From an uncultured cyanobacterium (GTDB lineage: Bacteria > Cyanobacteriota > Cyanobacteriia > Phormidesmidales > Phormidesmidaceae), in the NCBI GenBank assembly GCA_963793265.1, contig CAWBZI010000007.1, positions 32,001 to 96,000 of the forward strand: DNA of 64,000 nt. Direction: 5' to 3'. Below, piece by piece: positions 17,801 to 27,399 of the stretch. Within the stretch, counting starts at the first letter, position 1. Every line of letters begins with the position of its first letter. The translations under genes and the position numbers were made by a program. Under the pieces are notes generated by a model. The model had not been told where the DNA came from. It did not search any database and worked only from the letters and a program-made list of their open reading frames with translations.

Positions 17801-19267
17801 ATGCAAGCTATCGCGCCGCAAGACACTGTTTATAAAAAGTTCGACGCGCTAAATGCGGTTCCCGCGCCTGAAATTATCGCGGGTGCTTCAGCGCCTTTGG
17901 GCATCAGCTCTACCCTCGCAGATCTACCGCTCTATGCCTTCTCAGTCACCGCCGATGGCGCTATTCAAGATCTCATTGACCGCTTCGCCCAGTTTCCCGA
18001 TCTTCCCGGCGCAATCTTCTCAGAGGCTGGTCGGACGCGCGTACTTTCCAGGCATCACTTCTTAGAATGCCTGCTCAAGCTAGGACAAACCAGCCTTCTC
18101 GTTGAGGGCCCCATCGACTTAATCTTGAGCCAGGCCAATCCAAAATCTCTATGTTTGCCTATCGACACCTCTATTCTTCTCGGCGCACAGCAAGCGCTCA
18201 AACGTCCTCATGAGCAGCAAAGCGACCCTATCTTAGTGCAGCACGCTGATGGCTTTAGCCTGCTAGATGCTCGCACGCTCAACGTAGCGCACTGGCAGAT
18301 TCGCGGTATCGAAACCCAAATTCGCTACGAACGGCTACAGATGCAGCTCCTGCAAAGCGAAAAAATGGCCGCACTCGGTCGTCTGGTAGACGGCGTAGCA
18401 CACGAGATTCTCGACCCGGTTAGCTTTATCTGGGGAAATCTCACCTATATTGCCGACTACGCTCAGCAGCAAGGCGACTTGATTAAGGCTTATGCAAAGG
18501 CGCTGCCTCAGGCTACAGAAGAGATTGTTCAGCTTCGAGAAGAGATCGAATTTGACTATTTGAGTAGCGATTTGCCAGCTGCTATCAAAAGTGCCAAAGG
18601 CGGAGCCCACCGGCTGAAGCAGCTTGCGACTAGCCTACAAAACTTTTGTCATATAGACGAAATTCATCCCCGCCCAACAGACTTAAACTCACTGCTTGAT
18701 AGCACGCTAAGGCTGTTAAAAAGTCGGCTTGAGAGCCCCATTCAAATCGAGCGCTGCTATGGCAAGCTGCCGCCTGTTCCCTGCTTTTCAGGGCAGCTAA
18801 GCCAGGTATTCATGAACATATTTACCAATGCAATCGACTCTTTACTGGCTCAGGCTCAGATAGAAAGCTACGGCGTTGAGGGCAGCACGACTATTGGCAT
18901 ATCGCCAGGCAAACCCCTGCAAATCATCCCTCAGATAACCGTAACGACCTGCGTTCGAGCCGAGGCAGATACCGCCTACAAAGACCCTCACGAATCTCGC
19001 TGGGTATCGATTATTATCAGCGACAACGGCCCTGGACTACAGCCTGCAACCAAAGCTCAAATTATTGAGTCGTTTTCGCCTAAAAGTCGCTCTCGGAAGG
19101 AAAAGGGCCTGGCTATGAGCTATCAAATTGTCACGGCTAAGCACGGCGGCAGGCTGTGGATTCGTTCGTTTCACGCTAGTGAGGTACCGGCGACTGAGGC
19201 TGAGCACGTGACGACGGGTACTGAGTTTGAAATATTGCTGCCGCTAACCTCTGGCGAGGTTGATTAG
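17801..19267 (+). CDS. Sensor histidine kinase (cyanobacterial family with CBS-like N-terminus)
   Basis: EKMAALGRLVDGVAHEI, QVFMNIFTNAID, DNGPG; ATG 17801 preferred (ORF track starts at 17765). Confidence 0.85.
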   Translation: MQAIAPQDTVYKKFDALNAVPAPEIIAGASAPLGISSTLADLPLYAFSVTADGAIQDLIDRFAQFPDLPGAIFSEAGRTRVLSRHHFLECLLKLGQTSLLVEGPIDLILSQANPKSLCLPIDTSILLGAQQALKRPHEQQSDPILVQHADGFSLLDARTLNVAHWQIRGIETQIRYERLQMQLLQSEKMAALGRLVDGVAHEILDPVSFIWGNLTYIADYAQQQGDLIKAYAKALPQATEEIVQLREEIEFDYLSSDLPAAIKSAKGGAHRLKQLATSLQNFCHIDEIHPRPTDLNSLLDSTLRLLKSRLESPIQIERCYGKLPPVPCFSGQLSQVFMNIFTNAIDSLLAQAQIESYGVEGSTTIGISPGKPLQIIPQITVTTCVRAEADTAYKDPHESRWVSIIISDNGPGLQPATKAQIIESFSPKSRSRKEKGLAMSYQIVTAKHGGRLWIRSFHASEVPATEAEHVTTGTEFEILLPLTSGEVD

Positions 19268-22200
19268 GACGAGGGTTGAATATTTTTTGGAGAGGCTGTT
19301 GCAGCTTGCTTCGAGGGTTTGCCGATGCCGGTTGCTCGGCTAAGAACGCGGGCGGTGCGGCTGCGGGCTCCGCTGATGTAGGTGAAGAAAACAGGGACAA
19401 CCACGAGGGTGAGGAGGGTGGAGGTGGAGAAGCCGCCAATGACTGCGATTGCCATCGGACTTCTGGTTTCACCACCAGCCCCAATCGCTAAAGCAATCGG
19501 CACCATTCCTGCCACTGTAGAGATAGAGGTCATCAAAATGGGTCGCAGCCGGGTAATGCCTGCTTCGATCACCGCCTGACGACGCGACTTTCCTTGTTTA
19601 ACAGCTATTAGCGCGTAGTCTACTAGCAAAATAGAGTTCTTAGTGACCAGGCCAATGAGCAGCACAATCCCAATAAGAGCAAATAGACCCAGCGGCTTTT
19701 GAGCGATCAATAGGCCCATCAAGGCACCGCCGATACAGAGCGGAATGGCAATCATCACCGCAAAGGGGTAAAGAAAATCGTTGTAGAGCAGAACGAGTAC
19801 CGCATAGATCATCATGATCGCAGTGCCTAACGCCAGGCCGAAACGGGAAAAGATTTCCTTTTGGATATCGGCGTCGCCAGCAGCCTGCTGGCGAATGCCG
19901 GACGGTAGGCTTTGCATGATAGGCAAAGCGTCAACGGCTTCAATACCTTCGCCAAGTTCGATGCCCTGAAGGTTTGCGCCCACCGTGACCTGACGAGAGC
20001 GATCAAAGCGGTCAATTTGAGCGGGGCCGCTGCCAAATTCAATATCGGCCACTGCAATGAGTGGAACAAGCGCGCCGTTTTGGCTAGGAACCTGTAGGTT
20101 TTTTAGCGTGCTGATATCGTCGGTGGCATCAGGGGCCAGGCGAACGCGGATAGGAATTTGGCGATCGCCTGCGTCAAAGTCAGCCAAATTCTGCTCAGCA
20201 TCTCCTAAGGTCGCCAAAGAAGCTGTTTGAGCAATGCTGCTAACCGAAACACCTAAGTCAGTAGCCCGAACAGGATCAGGTCTGATCAAAATCTCTGGCT
20301 GCACCAGCGCCGCGGTAGAGCTAACTTCTACCAAACCCGGCACCTGTCGCATCTGCTGTGTTAAGTCCTGCGCCGTCTGATTCAACAGCGCTGGATCTTC
20401 ACCTGTAAGCACAATCTCTAAGCCCTTGCCACCGCCGCCTGCGCCCTGGCTCACAAAGTTGATCCGCGTCCCTGGAATTTTTTGAAACGCATCGCGCATT
20501 TCCTCTTCAAATTCGCTGCGGGTAATGCGCTCATCTTTAGGCTTGAGCTGAATATAGGCCGTAGAGCTACCGGGCTCTTGGGTACGAAATACGCGCTCTG
20601 TAGCGGGGTGGGCAAGCAGGCGATCGCTCACTTGCGCGCTTACTTCGTCGGTTTTCTCAAGGGTAGAGCCCGGCGGCAGCTCCATCGATACCCTAGTTAA
20701 ATCAGTGTTGCCCGAATCAAACAAAGACGTTGGAATGAACTGAACTAAAGCCAAACTCGACACAAAGAACGCAAAGGCTAAGCCCACCGTAACCAGACGA
20801 TGCTTGAGCGCGCCGTTCAAAAGGCTGTGGTAGGGCAGCAGCAGCCGAGGCACCCGCAAACCGTCGGCGGCAAGTACCGTATTATCAGCGCCGCCTTCTA
20901 CTTTTGGCTTGAGCAAGTAGGCCGACATCATCGGGGTGACTAGCCTGGCCACCAGCGTAGAAAACATGGTGGCTACAGCGACCGTGACGCCAAAAGGCTG
21001 AAAAAACTGGCCGGGAATGCCGCCCATGAAGGCCACAGGAATAAAAACTGCAACGATGGTGGCAGTCGTTGTAACCACAGCTAGGCCCACTTCAGCCGTA
21101 GAATCTAGCGCGGCCTGAAAGGGCGTTTTGCCCATTTGAATATGGCGCTCGGCGTTCTCAATTTCTACAATGGCGTCGTCTACGAGGTTGCCAACGGCCA
21201 AGGTCAGTGCCAGCAAAGACATGCTGTTAAGGGTGTAGCCGAGCGCTTGAATCACCAGAAAAGTTGGAATAATTGAGAGCGGTAGAGCCGTCGCGGTAAT
21301 GAGCGTAGTGCGCCAGTTGCGCAGGAAAACGCCCACTACCACTACGGCTAATATGCACCCCAGAATAAGCGCGTCAATAGAAGCCTGGTAGGAGTCGCGA
21401 ATTTCGGTGGCCTGGGTATAGACCAGTTGAAAGGCAATGTCCTCAGGCAGCGTTGTTTCCAAAGCAGCGATCGCTGCTTTGACCCCATCTTCTACGCTAA
21501 CGACCACGCTCCCTTTACTGCGAGATACCTGAAACCCCACCACGGGCGTCTCGTTGGCATAGGCTGAGGCTCTAATTTCTGCAAAGTCATCTTTCACGCT
21601 GCCCAAGCTCGTCAGCGGTACCGTGCCGCCGTTGGGCAAAACCACATTAAAGTTTTGCAGCGCCGCGACCGTATCAGCGCTACCCAGCGTCCGAATCCCC
21701 TGCTCTATGCCCGAAATATCGCTGCGTCCGCCTGGCAAATTGATGTTGAACTGACGAATTTGATCGTTTACCTGCGTCGCCGTGATGCCGAGCGCGTTCA
21801 ACTGCTCAGGATTTAAATCAACTCGAATTTCGCGATCGACGCCGCCCACGCGGCTTACCTGCGAAACGCCATCTACCGCTAGCAGCCTGCGGCTAATCGT
21901 ACGATCTACAAGATCGCTGAGTTCTTCAACGGAGCGCTCGTCTGATGCAACCGTGTAGATAACCGTCGCCCCGCCTGCAAACTCAAGTCGTCGCACGACC
22001 GGATCTTGCGCATCTTGAGGCAGATCCTGGCGAATCCGCGTAATCGCATCGCGAACGTCATTGGTGGCCTGCTCGGTATCCACACCCAAATCAAACTCAA
22101 TTACGGTGCTAGAAGATCCGTCAGACACCGTTGAGGTCAGCGCGTCAATATTGCCAAGACCGGCAACGGCATCTTCTACCTTTTTGGTAACCTGCGTTTC

Positions 22201-22380
22201 TAGCTCGGCTGGCCCTGCACCTGTCTGTCGCACTTCGACGAGGACGGCGGGCACGTCAATATTAGGGTTGGCGTCGATGCCTAAATTGGTAAAGGCGACC
22301 ATACCGGAAATGGTGAGCACCAAAAAGAGCACAATTGTCGGCACCGGACGCTTGATTGACCAAGCAGAGATGTTGAACAT
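19264..22380 (-). CDS. RND efflux transporter permease (AcrB family)
   Basis: 1038 aa; GNLVDDAIVEIEN, TKNSILLVD, RLRPILMT. Confidence 0.95.
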   Translation of the reverse strand: MFNISAWSIKRPVPTIVLFLVLTISGMVAFTNLGIDANPNIDVPAVLVEVRQTGAGPAELETQVTKKVEDAVAGLGNIDALTSTVSDGSSSTVIEFDLGVDTEQATNDVRDAITRIRQDLPQDAQDPVVRRLEFAGGATVIYTVASDERSVEELSDLVDRTISRRLLAVDGVSQVSRVGGVDREIRVDLNPEQLNALGITATQVNDQIRQFNINLPGGRSDISGIEQGIRTLGSADTVAALQNFNVVLPNGGTVPLTSLGSVKDDFAEIRASAYANETPVVGFQVSRSKGSVVVSVEDGVKAAIAALETTLPEDIAFQLVYTQATEIRDSYQASIDALILGCILAVVVVGVFLRNWRTTLITATALPLSIIPTFLVIQALGYTLNSMSLLALTLAVGNLVDDAIVEIENAERHIQMGKTPFQAALDSTAEVGLAVVTTTATIVAVFIPVAFMGGIPGQFFQPFGVTVAVATMFSTLVARLVTPMMSAYLLKPKVEGGADNTVLAADGLRVPRLLLPYHSLLNGALKHRLVTVGLAFAFFVSSLALVQFIPTSLFDSGNTDLTRVSMELPPGSTLEKTDEVSAQVSDRLLAHPATERVFRTQEPGSSTAYIQLKPKDERITRSEFEEEMRDAFQKIPGTRINFVSQGAGGGGKGLEIVLTGEDPALLNQTAQDLTQQMRQVPGLVEVSSTAALVQPEILIRPDPVRATDLGVSVSSIAQTASLATLGDAEQNLADFDAGDRQIPIRVRLAPDATDDISTLKNLQVPSQNGALVPLIAVADIEFGSGPAQIDRFDRSRQVTVGANLQGIELGEGIEAVDALPIMQSLPSGIRQQAAGDADIQKEIFSRFGLALGTAIMMIYAVLVLLYNDFLYPFAVMIAIPLCIGGALMGLLIAQKPLGLFALIGIVLLIGLVTKNSILLVDYALIAVKQGKSRRQAVIEAGITRLRPILMTSISTVAGMVPIALAIGAGGETRSPMAIAVIGGFSTSTLLTLVVVPVFFTYISGARSRTARVLSRATGIGKPSKQAATASPKNIQPSS

Positions 22381-22428
22381 GGGGAGAAGTAATGTTTTTA
22401 GGCTGGGTCTAAGCTTGAGACGAAAAGG

Positions 22429-23835
22429 CTACGAGTCGGCAGAGGGGCGAGCAGGCTGAGTGAAGCTCTGGTCTACGATGTCTACCAAATCACCATCTTG
22501 TAGGTAGCTAGCGCCTTCTACGACCACTTGAGTGTCGGGTCGCAGGCCAGCGGTAATTTCGATCATCGCAGGCGTGTTGCCGGTAGCAGGGGTGCGATCG
22601 CCCACATCTACCGTTTTCGCCTTCACGGTATTGTCCGCATTCAGCTCGTATACCACAAAGCCGCCGCTCGACTGCGGCAAAACGGCGGTTGCTGGCACGA
22701 CGACACCCTGACGAGAGCCGGTCACAATCGCAGCCTGTAAGAACATGCCGGGTCGGAGCTTATCACTGCCGGGCAAGCCGATTTTCACCGTCGCCTTCCG
22801 ACTTTGCGCGTCCAGCGTTGGGTCAATGCTGCGAACCGTACCTTGAAGCTGCAAGTTCTCATCTGAGCCTGATGTAATCTGCACGGGCGCACCCACATTC
22901 ACCTTAGAAAGCTGCGACTGGGGCACGGTAAGCGCCAGCTCTAGCTGATCGCCGCTGATGATTTTGAATAAAGGCGTTCCCGCTGCTGCAATATCACCAA
23001 CTGTCGCCGTTTTCTCTGCGATCACACCGCTTTTAGGCGCGACCACCTGCGTTTGGCCCATCTGCGTATCGAGCTGATTGACCTCGGCTCTACGGCTGCG
23101 AACGGTGGCCTCAGCGCTTTCAATCGCCGCCACGCTAGAGCCGACCGCCTGATTAGCGGTGGTGAGCTGAGTGCGGCGCGACGTGAGTTCTTCCTGGCTG
23201 ATTGCACCTTGCGCGAATAAGGAAGCATAGCGGTCGTAGCTTTCCTGCGCTTCAGCCGCTTGGGCTCTAGCTTCAGCCGCCTGCGCTTCAGCCTGAGTCA
23301 CCTGGGCTAGAGCGGCGCTCACCTGAGCTTCAGACTGATCCATCTGGGCCTGCATGACCGAATCGTCTAAAACGGCAAGTACCTGACCGGCGGTGACGCG
23401 ATCACCCTCTCGCACGTTCACCGCTTCAATCTGCAAGCCGCTGGCTTTAGGCGCAACTGAAAGTAAATCAAACGCTTCTACCGTACCGCTGGCCGTAATT
23501 GTTTCTTTGATCGGTGCAGTTTGAGCCCGAACCGTGGTCACGCTGGCACTAGAAACCTGCGCTATCTCAGCGGGCACCGCAGCCGGATCTGTAGCCTGTC
23601 TCTGGGCTACTCTAGCCCCAGCGAAAGCAAGCCCTAAGCCTAAGCCCAAGCCGATTAGAAGTCCCTTGGGGCCGCTGAGCCAGCCGCCGAGCGATCGCCC
23701 CGGCTGACGCGCACGGTCGGGCGAGAGGTCATTTGAATCTACAGACGAGTCCACAGCGGACGCCTCACTGTTTGGCAAACTATTTGGCAAATTCCGATCT
23801 GGAAAGTCTGGGTCTGAGAAATTTTGGTAGGTCAC
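22429..23835 (-). CDS. RND efflux periplasmic adaptor (MFP)
   Basis: TM anchor, VREGDRV..GQVLA lipoyl half, coiled coil, LRPGMF. Confidence 0.93.
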   Translation of the reverse strand: MTYQNFSDPDFPDRNLPNSLPNSEASAVDSSVDSNDLSPDRARQPGRSLGGWLSGPKGLLIGLGLGLGLAFAGARVAQRQATDPAAVPAEIAQVSSASVTTVRAQTAPIKETITASGTVEAFDLLSVAPKASGLQIEAVNVREGDRVTAGQVLAVLDDSVMQAQMDQSEAQVSAALAQVTQAEAQAAEARAQAAEAQESYDRYASLFAQGAISQEELTSRRTQLTTANQAVGSSVAAIESAEATVRSRRAEVNQLDTQMGQTQVVAPKSGVIAEKTATVGDIAAAGTPLFKIISGDQLELALTVPQSQLSKVNVGAPVQITSGSDENLQLQGTVRSIDPTLDAQSRKATVKIGLPGSDKLRPGMFLQAAIVTGSRQGVVVPATAVLPQSSGGFVVYELNADNTVKAKTVDVGDRTPATGNTPAMIEITAGLRPDTQVVVEGASYLQDGDLVDIVDQSFTQPARPSADS

Positions 23836-24133
23836 AAAGGGGATGGCGTAAAACTTAGGTAAGACGAAAGCGGCTGAACACGCCCCTATAAAGCCCTATC
23901 TCGGCTAATTAACGACGGTTGATACGTATTTATCAAAACTTAATATTCCTATTATTACGCATTGCTAACAAATCGTGGGACGTAATAAGTCACTGTCAAA
24001 ATAGCCACAGTCTGCTGACATTTTTGAACAACTGCGCTATGGCCGGGCTAGATTGCTGCTACTCTAAACTCCAAATAGCTGTGAGCACCCAGTCTTCTAC
24101 AGCAGCAATCCTCAATTTTATATATCGGCACAA

Positions 24134-25351
24134 ATGGAACGATCCTGGTGGCAAAAGCTAAAATCCAATCCGCTAGCACGGTTTGCAGCTGTCGTACTGG
24201 CGACCTTTTATATCGTGGTGATTTTTGCTGACTTCTTTGCGCCATATAGTCCGCTGGCCCAGCAGCCCAACGGCTCACTGCTGCCGCCGACACAAATCTA
24301 CTGGCGCACTGTGGAAACCGGAGATTTTATTGGCCCCCATGTGTATCCAACCATTCAAGGGCCAATCGATTTAGACACTGGGTTACAGGAGCTAGAGGTA
24401 GACTACAGCCGCCCGGCACCGCTGCGTTTGTTTGTTCGTGGCAGCGAATATCGCCTGTTTGAGACAATTTTGCCTGTTATCACCAGCTTTTCGTTTGACG
24501 GCGAAATGACGCTGAGAGAGTTCAAGCTATTCGGTGGTATTCCGATGAACCTGCACCTCTATGGCGTGTCGGTGCTAGATGAGGCAGAAGCAGGCGCTGA
24601 TGAAACCGCCGATGAAACGCTAGAAGCCGTAGAAACCACACCTGCCTATATCAATATTTTAGGTACTGATAACGCGGCGCGTGATGTCTTTAGTAGACTG
24701 GCCCACGGCGGTCGAATTAGCTTGAGCATTGGCCTGATTGGTATCGCGATTTCCTTTCCACTTGGGCTGCTAGTGGGCGGTATCTCTGGCTACTTCGGCG
24801 GCTTTGTTGATTCTGTTCTGATGCGAATTGTTGAAGTGATTATGACGATTCCATCTATTTATCTACTCGTGTCTTTAGGCGTAATTTTGCCGCCTCAGCT
24901 CAGCAGTTCTGAGCGCTTCTTTTTAATCACGCTAATTATCTCGTTTATTGGCTGGGCCGGGCTTGCTCGGGTGATTCGCGGCGAAGTGCTTTCGCTCAAA
25001 GAGCGGACGTTTGTGCAGGCGTCTCAGTCTATGGGGGGGCGATCGCTCCACATTATCCTCCGCCACATCCTGCCGCAAACTGCCACCTACGTCATCATCA
25101 CCGCCACCCTCGCCATCCCAAGCTACATCGTCTCCGAAGCCGTCCTTAGCCTCATCGGCCTCGGCATTCAAGAGCCCGATCCCTCTTGGGGCAACATGCT
25201 CTCAGCCGGTACCAATGCCTCCATTTTGGTGCTAAACCCCTGGCTAGTGTGGCCCCCGGCGGCGCTGATTGTGATGACTGTACTCTCATTCAATTTGTTA
25301 GGCGACGGACTGCGTGATGCTTTAGACCCGCGCAGTTTGCAGGAGCGCTAG
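24134..25351 (+). CDS. dppC: Peptide/nickel ABC transporter permease (DppC/OppC family)
   Basis: LGTD..ARDVFSRL..GGRISL; EAA-like loop; HILP; PSWGNML. Confidence 0.85.
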   Translation: MERSWWQKLKSNPLARFAAVVLATFYIVVIFADFFAPYSPLAQQPNGSLLPPTQIYWRTVETGDFIGPHVYPTIQGPIDLDTGLQELEVDYSRPAPLRLFVRGSEYRLFETILPVITSFSFDGEMTLREFKLFGGIPMNLHLYGVSVLDEAEAGADETADETLEAVETTPAYINILGTDNAARDVFSRLAHGGRISLSIGLIGIAISFPLGLLVGGISGYFGGFVDSVLMRIVEVIMTIPSIYLLVSLGVILPPQLSSSERFFLITLIISFIGWAGLARVIRGEVLSLKERTFVQASQSMGGRSLHIILRHILPQTATYVIITATLAIPSYIVSEAVLSLIGLGIQEPDPSWGNMLSAGTNASILVLNPWLVWPPAALIVMTVLSFNLLGDGLRDALDPRSLQER

Positions 25352-25354
25352 CGC

Positions 25355-25910
25355 TTAGCAGCCAGATTCACCTACCGCCGCAACCGTTGTTGCAAGCTCA
25401 TCTCGATACTGAATCTCGAGCGTGGCGTTTGGAATTTCTGAGACTTCGTAGCCAGTACGCTCTCCGAGCGGGGTATCTGCTATCAGCGTAAAATCACCGT
25501 CTTCGCTCTCAAAAAATCGAGGCGCTTCAAAGAATCGATTGACTTCAGCATCGCTAGCAGGCGCAGTCGGTACAAAATTTACCCAGCCTCCCTCAATTTT
25601 CATCAGCGCTGGCCCGTAGCCATCTGCTTGAATGCGCTCGTGGTAAATATAGTCGGTGTCATCAGGCGATTCTGTCAGCAAAATGCTACAGCCTCGCCCC
25701 GCTTTTTCGATCAGTTCGTCCAGCGTGAAGCTGTTCACCTCTAGGGGTGCAGGCGGCGCAGGCGTTGAAGATGGCGCAGGTGAAGACGTTTCTGCTTGGC
25801 GCTGAGGGTGCAGGTGTTTCAGGCGCAGATGCGGTCGTGTCAGGCTGGTTGCAGCCGAGTAGGAGAGTTGCCGCGAGTCCGCAGATTAAAGGATAAGGGC
25901 GTAAAGACAT
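25355..25910 (-). pseudogene. Pro/Ala-rich lipoprotein split by a +1 frameshift near 25796 (or a sequencing error)
   Basis: Lipobox LLLGC; removing one base joins ...PAPSAP to AETSSPAPSSTPAPPAPLEVNSFTLDEL..., giving 184 aa. Confidence 0.7.
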
Positions 25911-25964
25911 AGTAGGTGCGTAAATCGAAATTTCATGAACATTCGTGTATGCACTTGGAAATAC

Positions 25965-27299
25965 TTACTCACCCCGACCAAAGGTGAGGTTGTCTAAGCT
26001 TTGACCTGGCGGCAGATCGATAAAAACGCGATCGCCCGCTTCTAGCCCATCAACAATCTGAATGCGATCGCCCACCTGAGAACCCAACACCACCGGCTCA
26101 AACTGCACCTCGCCGTCTCCGTCAGGTATAAGCACACCTGATTCACCAGCCTGCGTGATAATCGCCACTGTTGGCACAACCAGAGCATCTTCAACGCGAT
26201 CACCGATAAAAGCCACCGTCGTATTCATATTCGAGCGCAGCTTATCCTCACCAGTGAGCAAATTTATCCGCACCTGAAAAACTGTCACATTTTGCCGTTC
26301 AATCGCTTCAGGCGCAATGAGCTGAACTTCACCTTCAAACGTCTGATTGGGGAAAGCGTCCGTCTGAATCTCAACCGTTTGCCCCTTCTCAATGCGGCTA
26401 ATGTCGGCCTCTGGAACCTCGGCGATTACTTCTAAGCCACTTGCGATCGCAACAATTGCCGTCGAAGTCGCTGAGGTCACATCTGAAGCTGTCGCTGTCG
26501 GCGTTACAAATGCACCGACTTCAGCAAAGCGCTGCGTCACAATGCCATCAAAAGGCGCACGAATTTCAGTATCGGCAAGCTGAACCTGCACGGCCTGAAG
26601 CTGCCCCTTTGCTCGGTTCAAACGGGCTTCAGCTTGAGCGATAGTTTCTTCGTCGTTGCCGTCCATTTGATCAAACATGCGCTGTTCGGCTTCATCTATA
26701 CGCGCGATCGCCTGCTCAACCCCTGCACTCGCGCTGCGATTGTCATTGAGCGCACGGTCTAGGTCACTGCGAGAAATTGCGCCCTGATCAAAAAGCCGCT
26801 GGCTGCGGTTCAGCTCATCTTCTGAAAGGGTAAGACGAGCGCGGGCGTCGTTAAGCTGAGCGCGGGTAGCAGAAAGTGCAGCCTCCGCCTGGCCAATATC
26901 TGTTGCCGACGCGCCGTTGATCGCATCGTCTAGCTGCGCCTGAGCTTCCGCGACACCAGCGCGGTTTTGCACAAGCTGAGCGTTGAGCTGGGCGCTGTCC
27001 ATGAGGCCGATGAGCTGACCTTTCGTCACGCGATCGCCCTGCTCTACTAGCAGTTCTTCTAGCGTTCCTGCCGTTTTGGGGCTGAGATTGACTGTCCGCA
27101 CAGGCTCCACGCTGCCACTGGCGGTAATGCGAACGGTGAGTTCTGATAAGGTGGCTGGAACGGTGAGTTCGTTAAGGTCGTAATCGGGGCCGCGTCGGGA
27201 GAAGGCAAAGGCGATTGCAACAGCAGCCACTATCCCCATAAATCCAAGCACGAGCCAGAGACGTGGACGCTTAAGACGGGTTGGGAAAGGCAAACGCAT
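25965..27299 (-). CDS. Efflux periplasmic adaptor (MacA/HlyD-like MFP)
   Basis: TM anchor, VNLSPK, VEQGDRV, IRAPFDGIV, EVPEADI. Confidence 0.9.
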   Translation of the reverse strand: MRLPFPTRLKRPRLWLVLGFMGIVAAVAIAFAFSRRGPDYDLNELTVPATLSELTVRITASGSVEPVRTVNLSPKTAGTLEELLVEQGDRVTKGQLIGLMDSAQLNAQLVQNRAGVAEAQAQLDDAINGASATDIGQAEAALSATRAQLNDARARLTLSEDELNRSQRLFDQGAISRSDLDRALNDNRSASAGVEQAIARIDEAEQRMFDQMDGNDEETIAQAEARLNRAKGQLQAVQVQLADTEIRAPFDGIVTQRFAEVGAFVTPTATASDVTSATSTAIVAIASGLEVIAEVPEADISRIEKGQTVEIQTDAFPNQTFEGEVQLIAPEAIERQNVTVFQVRINLLTGEDKLRSNMNTTVAFIGDRVEDALVVPTVAIITQAGESGVLIPDGDGEVQFEPVVLGSQVGDRIQIVDGLEAGDRVFIDLPPGQSLDNLTFGRGE

Positions 27300-27399
27300 G
27301 AAGGCCGGTAGAAGAAGATATACGTGATGAGTCAGCGGCTTATGGAGTTACCTTTATAAAGCCTTCTTTAAGGATAGTGACTTTTAGCGAAGTTATGGG

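Noticed and set aside
23919..23936. TTGATA-n6-TATCAA palindrome between the RND operon and dppC
   Set aside because: Only 6-bp arms in AT-rich DNA and no cognate regulator nearby; too weak to call
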